64,000 nt of DNA from Eukaryota sp. TZLM1-RC (GCA_040285825.1 JAUPSS010000007.1:2144689-2208688); one strand, 5' to 3'; counted from the first letter of the stretch, positions 12,887 to 25,354 are shown. Translations and numbers: made by a program. The notes: generated by a model not told the origin, from the sequence alone.

Positions 12887-13219
12887 ATGAATCCTGCTTC
12901 CTGCAGTCCTGTTCCAAGTCCAAAACCCTCGCTACCCAAGGGATCAGTTGATCTGAGTGATGAAGACGATGCGCTTTCACAAACCATTACAACTTCTTCT
13001 CCACTTTCCCATAAATCCACAGTGTCTCGCCGCAAACTCAACGAAATTGCAACCCGTAGGTACTCCACACTCAGTTCACAAACTCTTCCTGTGAAGTTTT
13101 TGATTGAGGACAATGTTGAACCATTGTACACTTCTGTCCATCTTTCTGCTCCAGATGTTCAACTGGATGATCCTCTTTTGAAACCACCATCGTATCGTGA
13201 CTGTCTACTTAACAGTTAG
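12887..13219 (+). CDS. Hypothetical Ser/Pro-rich protein (110 aa) with a PPxY motif
   Basis: ATG at 12887, higher GC than the flanks, open to TAG. No family recognised. Confidence 0.4.
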   Translation: MNPASCSPVPSPKPSLPKGSVDLSDEDDALSQTITTSSPLSHKSTVSRRKLNEIATRRYSTLSSQTLPVKFLIEDNVEPLYTSVHLSAPDVQLDDPLLKPPSYRDCLLNS

Positions 13220-13939
13220 ATCAGCTGCGTAGTTGGCTTGCAGCTTAGTGTTGGTCTCAATGACATGATTAGTTGGCACTTGAGGTCTTTGGGTTTTAAC
13301 AATGGGTTTTTCTGTTTTTAATCATTTGTTTTTTGAAATGATTTGTTGTGGAAATTTGTTTTCAACCTTGATTATTTGTCATTTTTTTGATTAAACTAAC
13401 CGTCTTATGATTTTCTTTGAAACTATCCAGAATTTTCTCATACACCTTACATGGAGAGTGTTTTTGCATTGTTTTTTGTGGTTATAAGAATTTTTATGCC
13501 TCATGAGTATTCAATTCCCAATCAATTGTGAATCATGACAATGAAATTTTGAGCTACAGCTCACTTTCACAATCGGGGTCAATTATTGTGGCTAATAGAT
13601 GTGTTCTTGAAATTCACAAACTAAACAAACATCACAAAAACTGATATTTAACAAAACAACCGAAGCATTCACTAATCTTACAAATTAATCCAATATGCCA
13701 GGATGAACACTGAAAATTCTTACATAGACATGCTTTGAAAAATAATGGACAAAAAATGACAAAAAATGACAGTTATAGCTGAAGATTAACGAGCCTTTTC
13801 TCACAGAACAGAAATTATTGTATGGCTTCTAATGTGAGGTCTGAGGAGAATATCGGTAGATAAGGTGCTTTGACTTTTATGAAAGATATGGTAGAACGAT
13901 AATCAAAAACTTGCAAACTTATGGAATAAAAAAAGGCTA

Positions 13940-14190
13940 TTTTATTCAACAACAAATATGAAAACATAAAATACACAATTAAAACTCCACATCCTCAAAA
14001 CCTGCCTCCCCTACATCAGAACAATTAGTTGCCAAAGATTCGGAAAATTTCCCAAAAGAAGAGAGTGAATAGGAAATTAGTTTTACCATTCCCTTAAAAA
14101 TAGAAAATACAATCCTGTTTTGCCAGTAAACACGATTGAAAATTCTTCCAGTTCTTTCCTTTACAACTGCAATAAATTCCTCAAGGAAAG
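13940..14190 (-). mobile_element. 3' terminal fragment of CRE family D
   Basis: Reverse-complement similarity to 20445-20700 (KERTGRIFNRVYWQNRIVFSIFKG). Confidence 0.75.
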
Positions 14191-14393
14191 GAACTTATGG
14201 AATTGAAATTCAAATTTCAATAGAATAGAATAGTTTTATCACAGTCAGGAAGTTCTTTTATAAGAGCATCAATTTGAATAATAATCGTGAATTCAAAACA
14301 AGGGGTTTGTGTGTAGAATTATTGAGACAATCTTCTATTTTTGATATGGGGATATAGGGAATCCGCCATTAATTCTCTTCACACCCCTCAAAG

Positions 14394-16007
14394 ATGATTG
14401 ATATACCTTTCGGGTGGAGTCTGGAAACTTTGACAGTTGTTCTTACATGGACTGTCATACCAACAATTGTCATTGGAGCTTGTCTCTCTGACTTTAGAAA
14501 TAATGTTTGTAAGCATCCTAAGCAATTTCAACGTCGTCGTTTTGCTAACTGGTTCACTATGGGTCTTACATATGCGCTCTCCTATTTCGGTCGATACTCG
14601 ATCAATGTCTTGAATGTTGAGTCTGTATACAAAACATATGGTACCACTAAGGAGGGTTACGGTAATATCATTGCGGCAGCTTTCTGGGTCTATGGTATTG
14701 CACATTTCCGCCAACTTAACCTCAGCCATCTTCATCATTGTCAATGGATTTGTTACTGATAAGCTCGGTCCACGTATGGGTATGTTGGTAGGATCTTTCG
14801 GTTGTGCGATCTCCAATCTTGCTGCTGGTGCGTATCTTCAATATTGTCCTTGGAGAGGGAACAAGTGGGTCTTTGGAATGGCTATCATCATTTGTGTTAT
14901 GAACTACTTCCAAACCTTCAGTGCGTGCTCTATTGTTAAGTTTGTACTTTCTGCATTCTTATTCCAGGCTTGGTGCTTATTGGTACAATCCTAGAGAACG
15001 TGGGTTCTTTGGATCAGTATTTGGTGTGCTCATTGCATTTGGTTTCTTCCTTGCTTACCAAGTTAATGGTCTTTTGATGAAACAAATCCCCTACCAATGG
15101 TTATTCTACAACCCTGGCATTGCTCTTTCAGTTATGTTTGTACTCAACTACCTTATAGTGAAGTCCAAGCCTACCGATTTATATTCCATTGATAATCCTC
15201 TCATTCGAAACCTCTATACCAAAGAGTTCAAACCCGTCACTGACAAATCTGAAGACGCTCGATCATTTGGTCAGATGGTTGCTCCAGTGTTGAGACAAGG
15301 TGTTTTCTACGTTTTCTTTGCCGCTGAATTTTTCCTCGGTTGGTTCAGAGACGGTATTCTTACTCATTTTGCCGGCTACTTTGATAGTTTAGGCATTGAC
15401 AGTGGCTCTGCGGTCTATACTCTGTCTTCTACTGGTATTACTGTTGGCTCAATGTTTGGTTCTCTGTTTGCTGGTATTGTCTCGGATTTGTTTTTCAAGT
15501 CCCGTCGTCAGCCCGTTGCTTTCCTTTGTTGTGTAATGGTCACCATACTGCTTACTGTATTATACTTCTTTGTTGATTCTATAGTTATTGGTCCAAGTGT
15601 GCTAGGTCTAACTGCTATTTTCTATCAAGGTATTCACGGGATACTTACTGCTACATGTTTGTTTTGTTTTCTATTTTCTAACATTAGGTGCAATGGACTT
15701 TGCTGGGTCTGGATCTGCTGGTATTGCTGTTGGTCTTCTTGACGCTTCCCAAAAAGTTGCATCTTCTCTTACAGGAAACGTTATGCCACTCATCATGAAG
15801 GTAGATGTTGATGATGAAGGTGATCCTGTTTACTCATGGCCACGCTGGGTTCTCTCCATGATTCCTGCCTCTGTTTGTTGTGGTATTTTGTTCTTGTTCA
15901 TTATGGGTCTTAAAGCAACTCACGGCAAAGTTGGCAAAAAATCTGATGATGAAAATAGTGCTCCTTTGCTTGTTCATGAAGAAGAAACGATTCAAGACAA
16001 AGTCTAG
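14394..16007 (+). CDS. MFS transporter, organophosphate:Pi antiporter (GlpT/UhpC-like) family. Exons 14394-14694, 14726-14939, 14968-15656, 15688-16007
   Basis: Three GT-AG introns (14695-14725, 14940-14967, 15657-15687) join four ORFs in frame. Motifs YFGRYS, GFVTDKLGPR, WYNPRERG, GIVSDLFFKSRRQPV, AMDFAG..AGIAVGLLD. About 12 hydrophobic segments. Confidence 0.9.
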
Positions 16008-16223
16008 TTGTTACCTTTTAGTTTGTTTTGTTTATAGTATTTATTTATTGTAAAGTTATTATTTCATTTTATAGTTTAGTAATTTACAAAATGGTCAAAT
16101 AATTTCCAAATAACACTGTTTTGATTGTAAGTCAAGACTTAATTAAAAATCTCAAAAAACATTGCTTATTACTTCTAATCATGTTTAACAATGTACAAAT
16201 AATAAACCAAATAAAAGCCAAAA

Positions 16224-17465
16224 CTACATTTTAAGCTCATCCATTTGCTTTTGAGTTCTCGCAAAGGCCATAGAGACTTTTAGCAATCGTGACTCCCGTT
16301 GACTACCACCTTTTTTGGGGGAATTTAATTTTAATTTGAAATTGTCTTCCAAGCTATCATTAATTTCACCAATAGAACTTTCCTTTTTCAGACAAAACCT
16401 ACTTTTTAGCAAATTAACCCTCGTTAGGAGATCAGGCTCACCTTCTGCCGCTTGCTCAGTGATTTCCAACAACGATTCAATTTCACCCCTATTGGCTTCA
16501 ATATTACCCAACAAATATTCAATATACTCACAGCTGAATAAAACTTTTTGAATAGAATTAACTGAACTTTCAATAGCAGAACAATAATGGTTGCTCGACT
16601 CTAGGGGATCTGATTCCAATAACGACCGAGCCAAAAACAAGTGAACAATAGGGGTCTTGTCGTCATTAATTCTTTCTGTTAATGACAGCGATTTACGACA
16701 GAATCCTACAATTTCCTTCTTGATTTCACTTGACTTATCTGGAAATAATTGGAAAAACTTTGATGCTTCAAAAACAACATTTCTAACTGCAACTATCAAA
16801 TCATCAAAGACAATATTATCCCGTGATTCGAACAATATCCCCAGTGCAACTTCGCCAAGATCAACAGCAGACCTATACAATAAACAAACTTCATTAAAAG
16901 ACTCTGAACCAACAAGGTTGGGGTAACTACAAGGAGTGAGATGGGCGTGTGAGGAGGGTGAAATGAGAGATAAATCAAAGCAAAAAAGGGGAGATGACAG
17001 AATTGAATGGATGAAATCATTGTACGTGGAGAGAGCTAGTAGTGAGAGTTTGTGGAGATTGTGTGAATCACGAGCTGATTCGGCAATAGATACTGCCTGT
17101 TCAGCCAGTTTAAGAGAAAGGGGGTAGAAAAGATGGGAGTTGAGAAGACGACAGACAGAGAGAGTGTGATGGTAAAGGTTGGTGTAATCGTTGGAAGAAA
17201 GAGCATCTTCTATGGAGCAGAGATGAGTAGAAAGAGTTTGTAGAGATGCAATGTCAGAGAAAAAAGGGTTGGATGTTGGGGAAATAGGGGCGTTACATGG
17301 GGGATCAGGGTGAAGTAGAGAGAAAAGGTCATAATAGGTATTCAGATGTCCAGTTTCAAGACAAGAAGTGCATAAATCTGTGATATTGGTGGAAATAGTA
17401 CATTCAGGTAAGACCGACGTGGTTGCTGGGACCGAAACGCTTGGTAGAATATCAGTAACATTCAT
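16224..17465 (-). CDS. TTC29-like (TPR, flagellar-associated) protein
   Basis: Intronless 413-aa ORF from ATG 17465. N-terminal LCTSCLETGHLNTYYDLFSLL..L..L..IEDA..D..Y pattern resembles TTC29. Helical composition. Confidence 0.6.
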   Translation of the reverse strand: MNVTDILPSVSVPATTSVLPECTISTNITDLCTSCLETGHLNTYYDLFSLLHPDPPCNAPISPTSNPFFSDIASLQTLSTHLCSIEDALSSNDYTNLYHHTLSVCRLLNSHLFYPLSLKLAEQAVSIAESARDSHNLHKLSLLALSTYNDFIHSILSSPLFCFDLSLISPSSHAHLTPCSYPNLVGSESFNEVCLLYRSAVDLGEVALGILFESRDNIVFDDLIVAVRNVVFEASKFFQLFPDKSSEIKKEIVGFCRKSLSLTERINDDKTPIVHLFLARSLLESDPLESSNHYCSAIESSVNSIQKVLFSCEYIEYLLGNIEANRGEIESLLEITEQAAEGEPDLLTRVNLLKSRFCLKKESSIGEINDSLEDNFKLKLNSPKKGGSQRESRLLKVSMAFARTQKQMDELKM

Positions 17466-17515
17466 TGACAAAAGTAAATGGAAAAATCTTTTTGAAATCT
17501 GTCATTCCTTTCAAA

Positions 17516-18334
17516 ATGGACAGCTCTCCACGCACACCTACAACTCCCCGTACACCTCTCAGTAGGTCTTTTTCTGATAGTGGCTCCATGGATAGTCCCA
17601 ATCGGGCGAAACTCTCACTTCTCAGTAGCCGCATTTCCAACTTACAAGCTACAATGGATTCGGAAAAGCAAACACGATGCACCACCATTGATTCACGCCT
17701 TTCAGATATTGAAGATTCAGTCAGCAATTCCATCTCACAAGACCAGAAGCGTTTACAGGCTATGAAAGAAAGTGTTGGCAAGCTTCAGGAACAGGTAGAA
17801 TCTGAGAAACGTGCTCTGGAGATGCTAAACACGACTAAGTCTAAGGAAACCCAAATTGCCGAGTCCAAGCTGCAAATGAGTCTTGAGCTCGAGCAACAAG
17901 GCCGAACAGACTCTCATGCCCGTTTATGTAAGACCTTTGAGGAAAGGATCAAAACCCTTCAATCAGAACTACACCTTGAAACACGGGCAAGGGAAGAAGC
18001 AACTGAACGTCAACGATTGGCTCTCCAAATTGATGTCCCCAAGCTCACGGAACAGGTGCGTAATCTAGGATCAAATAGGGAAGTTTCTGAGCAATCTGTT
18101 TTGGAAAAAATTAGTGAAAAACTCTCTGAATTGTCTTCTGATGTGGAAAAGGAACGTAAAACCAGAGAGGAGACGGAAGATAACATCATCAGGATGTTGG
18201 AAGATGTTTTTAGTCGTCTTTCTGATAGTGTTTCTACTGAGAAGCAAATTAGAGAGCAAACAGAGCAGCGATTGTTGGAGCTTTTGGAAGGAAGTTTGAC
18301 TAAATTGAATATGCAATCAACAGTTTCTTTGTAG
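17516..18334 (+). CDS. SF-assemblin/beta-giardin-like striated fibre protein
   Basis: 272-aa ORF from ATG 17516. Pro/Ser-rich head, then coiled coil with recurring E(K/R)xxRE motifs and LxxLE near the C-terminus. Confidence 0.72.
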   Translation: MDSSPRTPTTPRTPLSRSFSDSGSMDSPNRAKLSLLSSRISNLQATMDSEKQTRCTTIDSRLSDIEDSVSNSISQDQKRLQAMKESVGKLQEQVESEKRALEMLNTTKSKETQIAESKLQMSLELEQQGRTDSHARLCKTFEERIKTLQSELHLETRAREEATERQRLALQIDVPKLTEQVRNLGSNREVSEQSVLEKISEKLSELSSDVEKERKTREETEDNIIRMLEDVFSRLSDSVSTEKQIREQTEQRLLELLEGSLTKLNMQSTVSL

Positions 18335-18599
18335 GATATTGTAATATTTGAAATAAATATATTGTATTGTATTGTTTGGTTTGATTTGGTTTTATGAAAT
18401 GTTGTTTAAAAGGCGGCTTCTTTTAGAATTTTTGCAGAATTTTTAGATTTGTTTCATTTGTCACAAATGGACTTGACACTGGGACAAGCTCCTAGAAGAA
18501 GAGCATTACAAATAACATATTAACCTGTAAACAAAACTGAATTAAGTTTAATTTAAACAATTCTTTTTTATAATATTATATTATTAAACAAAAAAAGAG

Positions 18600-20120
18600 A
18601 CAACAGAATCAAGGTTCTGAGTAGAAGAACCAATAAAAAGGCATTTGCTCGCATTAAGATGAAGCCCAATATTTTCATATGAATCGGCAATTTCTGGAGC
18701 AAATCAATGTCAGTAACTCAAATGAACCAATCAGGGATAAATTATCCATATAAGCAACCAGTCTAAGAGAAGGGTATATTTGCTTGATCATATCTAAGGT
18801 TTTGTGATAGCTAAACGAAACATAGAGGGCCTAAAAGATCAACTTGTTATTTCACAGAAAATGACTTTAAAGCAAATGAAATTTAAATTGAATCTGGGTC
18901 TTTTCCATAACAATGATGGAAAAAACTTGAAAGTTCAAGAAAATCAGCTTCAGTTTTTTCAAAAATTGCTTTTTGCATCACATAATTGAATTGAATGCTT
19001 TTTTCAAGATCATAATCAAAAATAAAATTATTCTTTGTATGGAAAAAAGTAACAGAAGTAAGACCAGCAAAACACGCTTTCCCAATTGTTTTATTCCAAA
19101 TTACAAATCAGCCCGCAGCTTTTCATGTTGTGATATTTTAATTCCAACTTGTTGTTTAAAACATTTCTTGTTTTGTATGGCGAAATAGTTCCAAATCCAC
19201 TTCAGATGTAAAAGAACGCATTTCCATGGAAAAAGTAACTGTACTCAGAAGGATTAATTTCCACAGAAATCTGAATTGGTGGACGAACAGTATCAACAGT
19301 TTTACAACTGAGACAAAACAAATGTTTTTGTCTCTTTCTGTGATCTGAAACCAGTTTTCGGCAAAACGGACAACAATGATCACTATTTTCAGCAGGGGAA
19401 GGAGGGCTAGCACTGTTAGCATTTAAACGAAGACCAGTAAAATCATCATTTTCAGCAATATTCAAACTATCACTGATTGAAACAAACATTGGAGAACGTC
19501 TTGAGCAGAAATTAATTGACTGTTTCTTTTTGTTTTTCAGGGCATGTTATCGAATTATGACCGCTAATTTCATTCAGAAATTAAACAACATTTTTTAGAA
19601 TTTTTCAAAGATTTTTTTTGATTCAAGATTTTAAGATACAAATTTTTCTTTTTTTTCTTGCGAATTTTCAGAAACTGAATTATGCTTTCGAATAGGAAAA
19701 CAAAGAACAACAAACGAGCCATATTTATTATTAGGAGTAGTTTTGCAGTTCTGCCGATTCAAGATGGTCAAAACAGTTTTGGAAACTTGAAGTTGTTGAC
19801 TAAAGTGTAGAAAAATGAGAGGAACGAAATTGTGGTTTGAAAAGTGTGGAATATTTTTTCATTTTTTTAAATTCTTGGATTTTTGTTGAAAATTTGAAGA
19901 GAGAATACGGTGGACAATGAGACGATAAAAATGAAGTAGGAAGAAGTAAACATGGCGTATGAGATTCACAGGTATCATCAGTTATCCTTCGTTGACCAAA
20001 GTTAGCATCCCAATTAGTGTCACTGTCACTATCAGAACTCATCAAGAAAACTGTCACAGTTGAAGAAAGAAAGTGAGACTGATAGAAAGAAGAAAGTTGA
20101 TGTATGAGGGAAAGATACAA
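18600..20120 (-). mobile_element. Decayed 5' portion of a CRE-type element
   Basis: CPFCRK..CLSCKTVDTVRPPIQISVEINP aligns with CNTC..CLKCRIVDNYHPPIRIPQEIHP of family A. RT remnants lie downstream. Boundaries approximate. Confidence 0.6.
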
Positions 20121-20159
20121 ATCATATTAAATTTAAACAATCTGATATTGATAGTACGC

Positions 20160-20712
20160 GCTACAACAGAGCTTCTATGGGTCTGACAAGAGGTGATCTG
20201 GTTGTTCCCGGCTTAAATGGTAATTTTCCTATTTTAGACGCCATGTCTATTGACCCTTGTAATACTTCTAACGAACATTTCATTAACTCAGATGTAAATA
20301 ATCCTCTTCTTGCTGGCGGAAAATATAATATTACTAAATATGCGAAACCCATTTCTTCAGTTAATGAAAATTCTCATGCCCAATATAATTTATGTCCCTT
20401 TGTTTTTTTCTCTGCTTGGATCTCTAGGTAAGGCTGCTATGGCTTTCCTGGAAGATTTTGTTGTAGTTGTAAGGGAAAGAACTGGAAGAATTTTCAATCA
20501 TGTTTACTAACAAAACAGGATTGAATTTTCTATTTTTAAGGGAATGGTAAAACTAATTTCTGATTCGCTCTCTTCTTTTGGGAAATTTTCTGAATTTTTA
20601 GCAATTAATTGTTTCGAAGCAGGGGATGCAGATTTTGAGGATGTGGAGTTTTAATTGTGTATTTCATGTTTTCATATTCCTCATTAAATGAATAAAAATA
20701 ATAATAATAAAA
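20160..20712 (+). mobile_element. 5'-truncated CRE family D copy (RLE domain and 3' UTR)
   Basis: RGDLVVPG..DAMSIDPC..KY..CPFVFSLLGSLG. AATAAAAATAATAAT tail. Confidence 0.8.
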
Positions 20713-20797
20713 AATTTAAACAATCTATATTTTCAACCTGATTCAACTACATCCAATGCTTTTCTAATAGAGTTCCAACTTCCCACGCTATCTAGTC

Positions 20798-22939
20798 ATG
20801 TTTCCCAACTTCGTCCATTCTGTCATTTATTGTGAATTTGACCTTCAGCAAGGCCCATCAGTCCGCTTGCAGTATCCTACACCCCTTTCCAATGTTCCCC
20901 TGCTACTACTTGCGGACCAAATCTTGCCTGATGGTATACACGAACGTCCACAAGACTCAAATTACTTTATTATCAACCAAAAAGCCCTTCCTCCCCCTCT
21001 ACACCAATCATTTGCTGGTTGTCATGTCTCTAACAGCATTGAGTTTCCCCAGAAATATGAAAGATCTTGTTTTCACATGAACGAAATACCAATAACTTTG
21101 TTTTATTCCGTCAAAGCAAAAAATCCCTGCAAATTCTTGCCACTTTCTCAATTGAAAAGTCAGCTTCCTGATTGTGCTCATACTGTGATTCAATCAAAAA
21201 AAGGCCAAAATTTCCTCACTTTTCAATCAAAGTCTCGTGTTTTCTTTGAGATTCCAATCAACCATTCGCTTCAGCTTTCCTACCTTAACCCCTCTCACCT
21301 TCTCCTCTCCTCTCCTTCTTTTCCCTTTCATAAACACCTTCCTTCCTTCCTAGTGCTACGGTTTGGTTCTCATGCTTCACTTTTAGACTTTTACACAACA
21401 GTCTCCTTCCTCCTTTCCTCGCATCCCTATACCCCTTCTTCACCTTCCCCTACCCCCCACAAGGACAAGATCTCCCCTTCGAATTCACTGATAGGTTCTC
21501 CCCAGGAACCCACCCTGTACTGCTTTTCAACTGCCATTTGTAAGAAGAGTAACACCTACGAAAGGGGTTGTAGAGTTGCGGGTCTTTGTGTCACTTCTCC
21601 TTTTAACTTTATTAACTGTATCTCACCGTTGTTGGAATTTTGTGTGGAAAGTTTACTGAATGATGAAGTAGAGGCTTTAGATGTCTGTAGGGATCTGTAT
21701 GACGTGCTCAGTCAAGAAGAGTCTTGTGATTTGATTGGTGATTTGATTGATGGGGGTTTTGATGAGGATTCATATTTCAAATGCTTTTATAAACGTGTTA
21801 TGGGTGTAAATACTAGTAAAAGGGTCAAATTTGAGCTGAATTCTCTTGACTTTTGGCTCACTTTTGACCCATTCCGTCTTTTCGACGATTTTCCTCTTAA
21901 TTTGGTTGAATTAATTCCTGTTTTTAAGGAGAAATTAATGATTTTGTATAATGCCATTTTATTTAATAGAACTGTTGTCATTTTATTTCCTGAAGCTTCT
22001 GCTTGGGATTGTTGTTCTCTGGTGTTGATGCTTGTGCAGCTAGTTGCCCCTTTGAGAGGGTTTTTAACTACCAAAGTGTTTCCGTTTTCGACATTAATTA
22101 ATCAATCATATCTTGACTTCCCGGGAAGCATCACGTCAACTTCAAACCCTTTGTATTTGGAGCAAACCTCATGGTTTGACGTTCTTTTTAATGTATCTGA
22201 TGGGGAAATTGTGTATGGTACACATTCATCAACCCAGGTCAAAATGAATGGTCAAAACTCCTGGAGTCAAGAAGATTCTGATTTTATTTCCACCATATTA
22301 AGGGGAATTGCTGAAGGAAGTGCAACGACTCACTGGATTCGACAATGTTTCTACTACTACACCCGGAGAATAATTTCTTTTGCCCTGTCAAGTCCAAACG
22401 GAAATCCTAACCCTAATGCTAACCCTAACCCTATCTCCTTACCAATGGAACAAGACATCAAGGGACTTGCTAGTAATGAAGGTAGGATAGCTTTACTACA
22501 ATTAAATCCATTATTTGTCAATTACCAGAGAGATTTGTTTTATTACAATTCATGTTTAAAATCTGGAACTAATATTCAAGCCTTGGTCGTTCAATTGACA
22601 ACTGACATGTCCAAATTGACCCACAGTGCACGTCATAAAGGTCAGAAAGAGCTCAAAAAAGTGATTGATATAAGAATTGCTGATACATTTATTGCTCTTT
22701 CAAACATCATGGATTGTCACAACTCAATTTTGGAATTCACCACTCTCTTATCTCTCTCCTCAAATGGTATTGACATATTCTCTCTTGGACTATTCCATTG
22801 GGATTCTGTGGTTAGGAGGGCCGTCTGTACGTTGTTGGTTAATCTTGAATCATTACCAGAAGGAAATATTGTTATGGACAGGCTTAGTTCTTTCAGTAGA
22901 GCAGCATTTGAGAAAATCAAATTAGAACTGACAAGTTGA
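20798..22939 (+). CDS. Afi1/MesA-like (DENN-related) protein
   Basis: 713-aa ORF. N-terminal YCEFDLQQGPSVRLQYP..LADQILPDGIHER..D..YFII docking motif. Central LMILYNAIL..RTVV..VFPFS..NP DENN/SPA-like core. Confidence 0.8.
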   Translation: MFPNFVHSVIYCEFDLQQGPSVRLQYPTPLSNVPLLLLADQILPDGIHERPQDSNYFIINQKALPPPLHQSFAGCHVSNSIEFPQKYERSCFHMNEIPITLFYSVKAKNPCKFLPLSQLKSQLPDCAHTVIQSKKGQNFLTFQSKSRVFFEIPINHSLQLSYLNPSHLLLSSPSFPFHKHLPSFLVLRFGSHASLLDFYTTVSFLLSSHPYTPSSPSPTPHKDKISPSNSLIGSPQEPTLYCFSTAICKKSNTYERGCRVAGLCVTSPFNFINCISPLLEFCVESLLNDEVEALDVCRDLYDVLSQEESCDLIGDLIDGGFDEDSYFKCFYKRVMGVNTSKRVKFELNSLDFWLTFDPFRLFDDFPLNLVELIPVFKEKLMILYNAILFNRTVVILFPEASAWDCCSLVLMLVQLVAPLRGFLTTKVFPFSTLINQSYLDFPGSITSTSNPLYLEQTSWFDVLFNVSDGEIVYGTHSSTQVKMNGQNSWSQEDSDFISTILRGIAEGSATTHWIRQCFYYYTRRIISFALSSPNGNPNPNANPNPISLPMEQDIKGLASNEGRIALLQLNPLFVNYQRDLFYYNSCLKSGTNIQALVVQLTTDMSKLTHSARHKGQKELKKVIDIRIADTFIALSNIMDCHNSILEFTTLLSLSSNGIDIFSLGLFHWDSVVRRAVCTLLVNLESLPEGNIVMDRLSSFSRAAFEKIKLELTS

Positions 22940-23049
22940 TTTCAATCTAGCAATGGCCATATTTGTCAGAATTATTTGCTTTTTTTTCGAGTTTTATCTG
23001 TGGTTATTGTTTGCATTTTTTATTTATTTATTTGTATAATAAAACTTTT

Positions 23050-23835
23050 TTTTTGAAAAAACTGGAATATTTATTGAGATAAAAATAACCATCTAGAATT
23101 CAATATCCTCCAAACAAGCGTCACTATTACTGAACCTACTCACAGCATTACGTTCATATTCTACACCGATAGCTAAAAGTGCCTTTGAAATCATTGTAGG
23201 AATAGACTTGAAAATACAAAAAACAATTCTATTTAACCAGAAAGTGGAGTTCATTGTTTTACCAGACCTATTCAGTAACACTTATTTGAAGTTTTCAAAA
23301 AAAAGTGCAACCCTGAAGGTCCAATATTGCCAAAAAGAGAAATTCTAAACAGCACAAACTGATATTTCACATGTTCCACTCTACCTAACTGTGCCAAAGG
23401 TTCTTCATATTTTTTTATCTTCTTTTTTTCGGCGTTAGATAACGGCGAATCAGCGGAATACACTAAACGAGCAGCAGAATTTTTGCAAACATCAACTGAG
23501 ACAACATCTACAACATTGAGAACACCATCGACTCCTGGAGCTGCTAAATCTGCCCTTCTTTTACCAAAGGAATCATCAGTTTGATCTGAAGACAGCTGAC
23601 GTACTAGTGGCTCAATAAATGCCTCTATATTGAAACTTTTGCACATGGCATATAATTGATCACGAACTGAGTCATGAACAATTGAGCGATAAGTTATAAA
23701 ATACTTACAGTTTAAAATATGGGAAAGCGTAACAACACTCTTGCAGCCACAAATTAAATCATTTGGTAATGAACAAGGCCATAGAAAACATCTCATTCTC
23801 ATTGCAGTGGTCCATTGGTGATCATTAAGTAGAAG
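23050..23835 (-). mobile_element. 5'-truncated CRE family E copy
   Basis: CGC..HILNC..HDSVRD..EP..RADL. Near-identical inverted copy at 39425-40195. Confidence 0.88.
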
Positions 23836-24718
23836 TAAATAATATAATAAAACTTTTGAAATTATTTTTATTTCATTCAGCTATACAGAATCAAATGATG
23901 ATTCAAATTGATGATCCAGTAATTCTCCAATAGCAATGGAACTTGTAATTTTGCAAGCAACAGTAATTTTCTTCATTTACTCTTCCTTTATATGCAGTTC
24001 ATACTTCAATTATGTTGTTTAAATCAATGATTTTAACCAATTATGTCGAACTTTGATTTTGTCTTAACTGATCATTAGCATTGGCCAATGGTTCAAAATA
24101 GCATAATTTGTTTGGAAAGCTCAAGTTGTCAGACTTTTGGGTTGATTATCCCTGTTTCAAATTCATTATTGAAATTTTGGGATAGTAATTATAGTACATG
24201 TCTTCCTTGGCTAAATAGACTAATACTGCTGTCTTCGAAAACAACTTTATCAAATTTGGGTCTTTAGGAAAGAAAATGGTTAAAGTTCCTGAATCACGTA
24301 CTAAAGTGTCTTTTTAACTGTTTGTCAACATTTCTCATTTTTATAGATTTAAGAAGTTGTAAATAAACATAATTTTATTGTTGACTGACTGATCTTTTCT
24401 CGACTGTCACGCCCGCTGGTCTGATGACTACAACAGTGGCTGCATTATTGATTATTATATCAGTGGGTTGATTATTAAAAAAACGCTACAAACAAAGAAC
24501 TACTGTTCTATGAATGACAATCTCAAATAATGGTAAGCAATCCTTTTATTTAACCAAAAACTTCACAGTCAAGTTGACAATTGGAGTTCTTTTAACTTAT
24601 CTACTTTAACAACATCATGTATTGGATTGTTAGTCCATCTGAGTGTATCATGACTCATAACAGCAAGTAGGAATAGCTACAAAGTTTGATACAGTAGTTG
24701 AAAACCATCAAGGCCAAC

Positions 24719-25354
24719 TCAACCAATTCGGTTTTTCCGGCCAAGATAGTCCAATAAATAACCATAAACATCATGACGTTTGCTCTTTAATGCACAGTCG
24801 AATACGTTGAGCCCGTGTCCTGTATGCAAAGCTAGGTCCGCTCCACAGTCGATTAGGTACTTTAATACTTCAAGATTACCAGCACTTGCAGCTACATGGA
24901 CCGGAAAAACGTAGATAAAGTGGCGACCATGGTGGTAAACTGGGACAAGTGCAGGAACGTTGGGGTCTGCACCAGCCCATAACAAAAGTTTGGAGATGAA
25001 GAAATGCCCGTTGGAAATGGCAGCAACAAGTGCGGTTGTTCCATTATCGTTGGGCGTATCAATTTGAACACCGTGTTTAATAAGTTTGACAACAAAATCA
25101 AGATTCCCTTTGGTTGCAGAGGAAACTAAAACCTGTTGCGAAAAGGGTGCAATCACATCTAGTACGAGTGTATCATGGAAGTAGAGAGCTTCTGTTGCAA
25201 TTTCAGGAAGTTCATCTGTTTCTTCTGTTTCCAAAAGAAATTTTAAAAGTTCAAATTCTCGACGTCGAATTGCCAGTCTCAGTGGACTTAGCGAGAGTCT
25301 TTTTGAGCTCTCACATAGCCGGAGAGCACGAGATTCTAATGTTCGATCATACAT
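24719..25354 (-). CDS. Ankyrin-repeat protein
   Basis: GTTALVAA, ADPN, PVHVAASAGNLEVLKYLIDCGAD motifs. The true start may lie upstream. Confidence 0.85.
   Translation of the reverse strand: MYDRTLESRALRLCESSKRLSLSPLRLAIRRREFELLKFLLETEETDELPEIATEALYFHDTLVLDVIAPFSQQVLVSSATKGNLDFVVKLIKHGVQIDTPNDNGTTALVAAISNGHFFISKLLLWAGADPNVPALVPVYHHGRHFIYVFPVHVAASAGNLEVLKYLIDCGADLALHTGHGLNVFDCALKSKRHDVYGYLLDYLGRKNRIG

Noticed and set aside
22403-22432. Telomere-like CCCTAA repeats
   Set aside because: Only a few imperfect units, in frame within the Afi1-like ORF (NPNPNANPNP).
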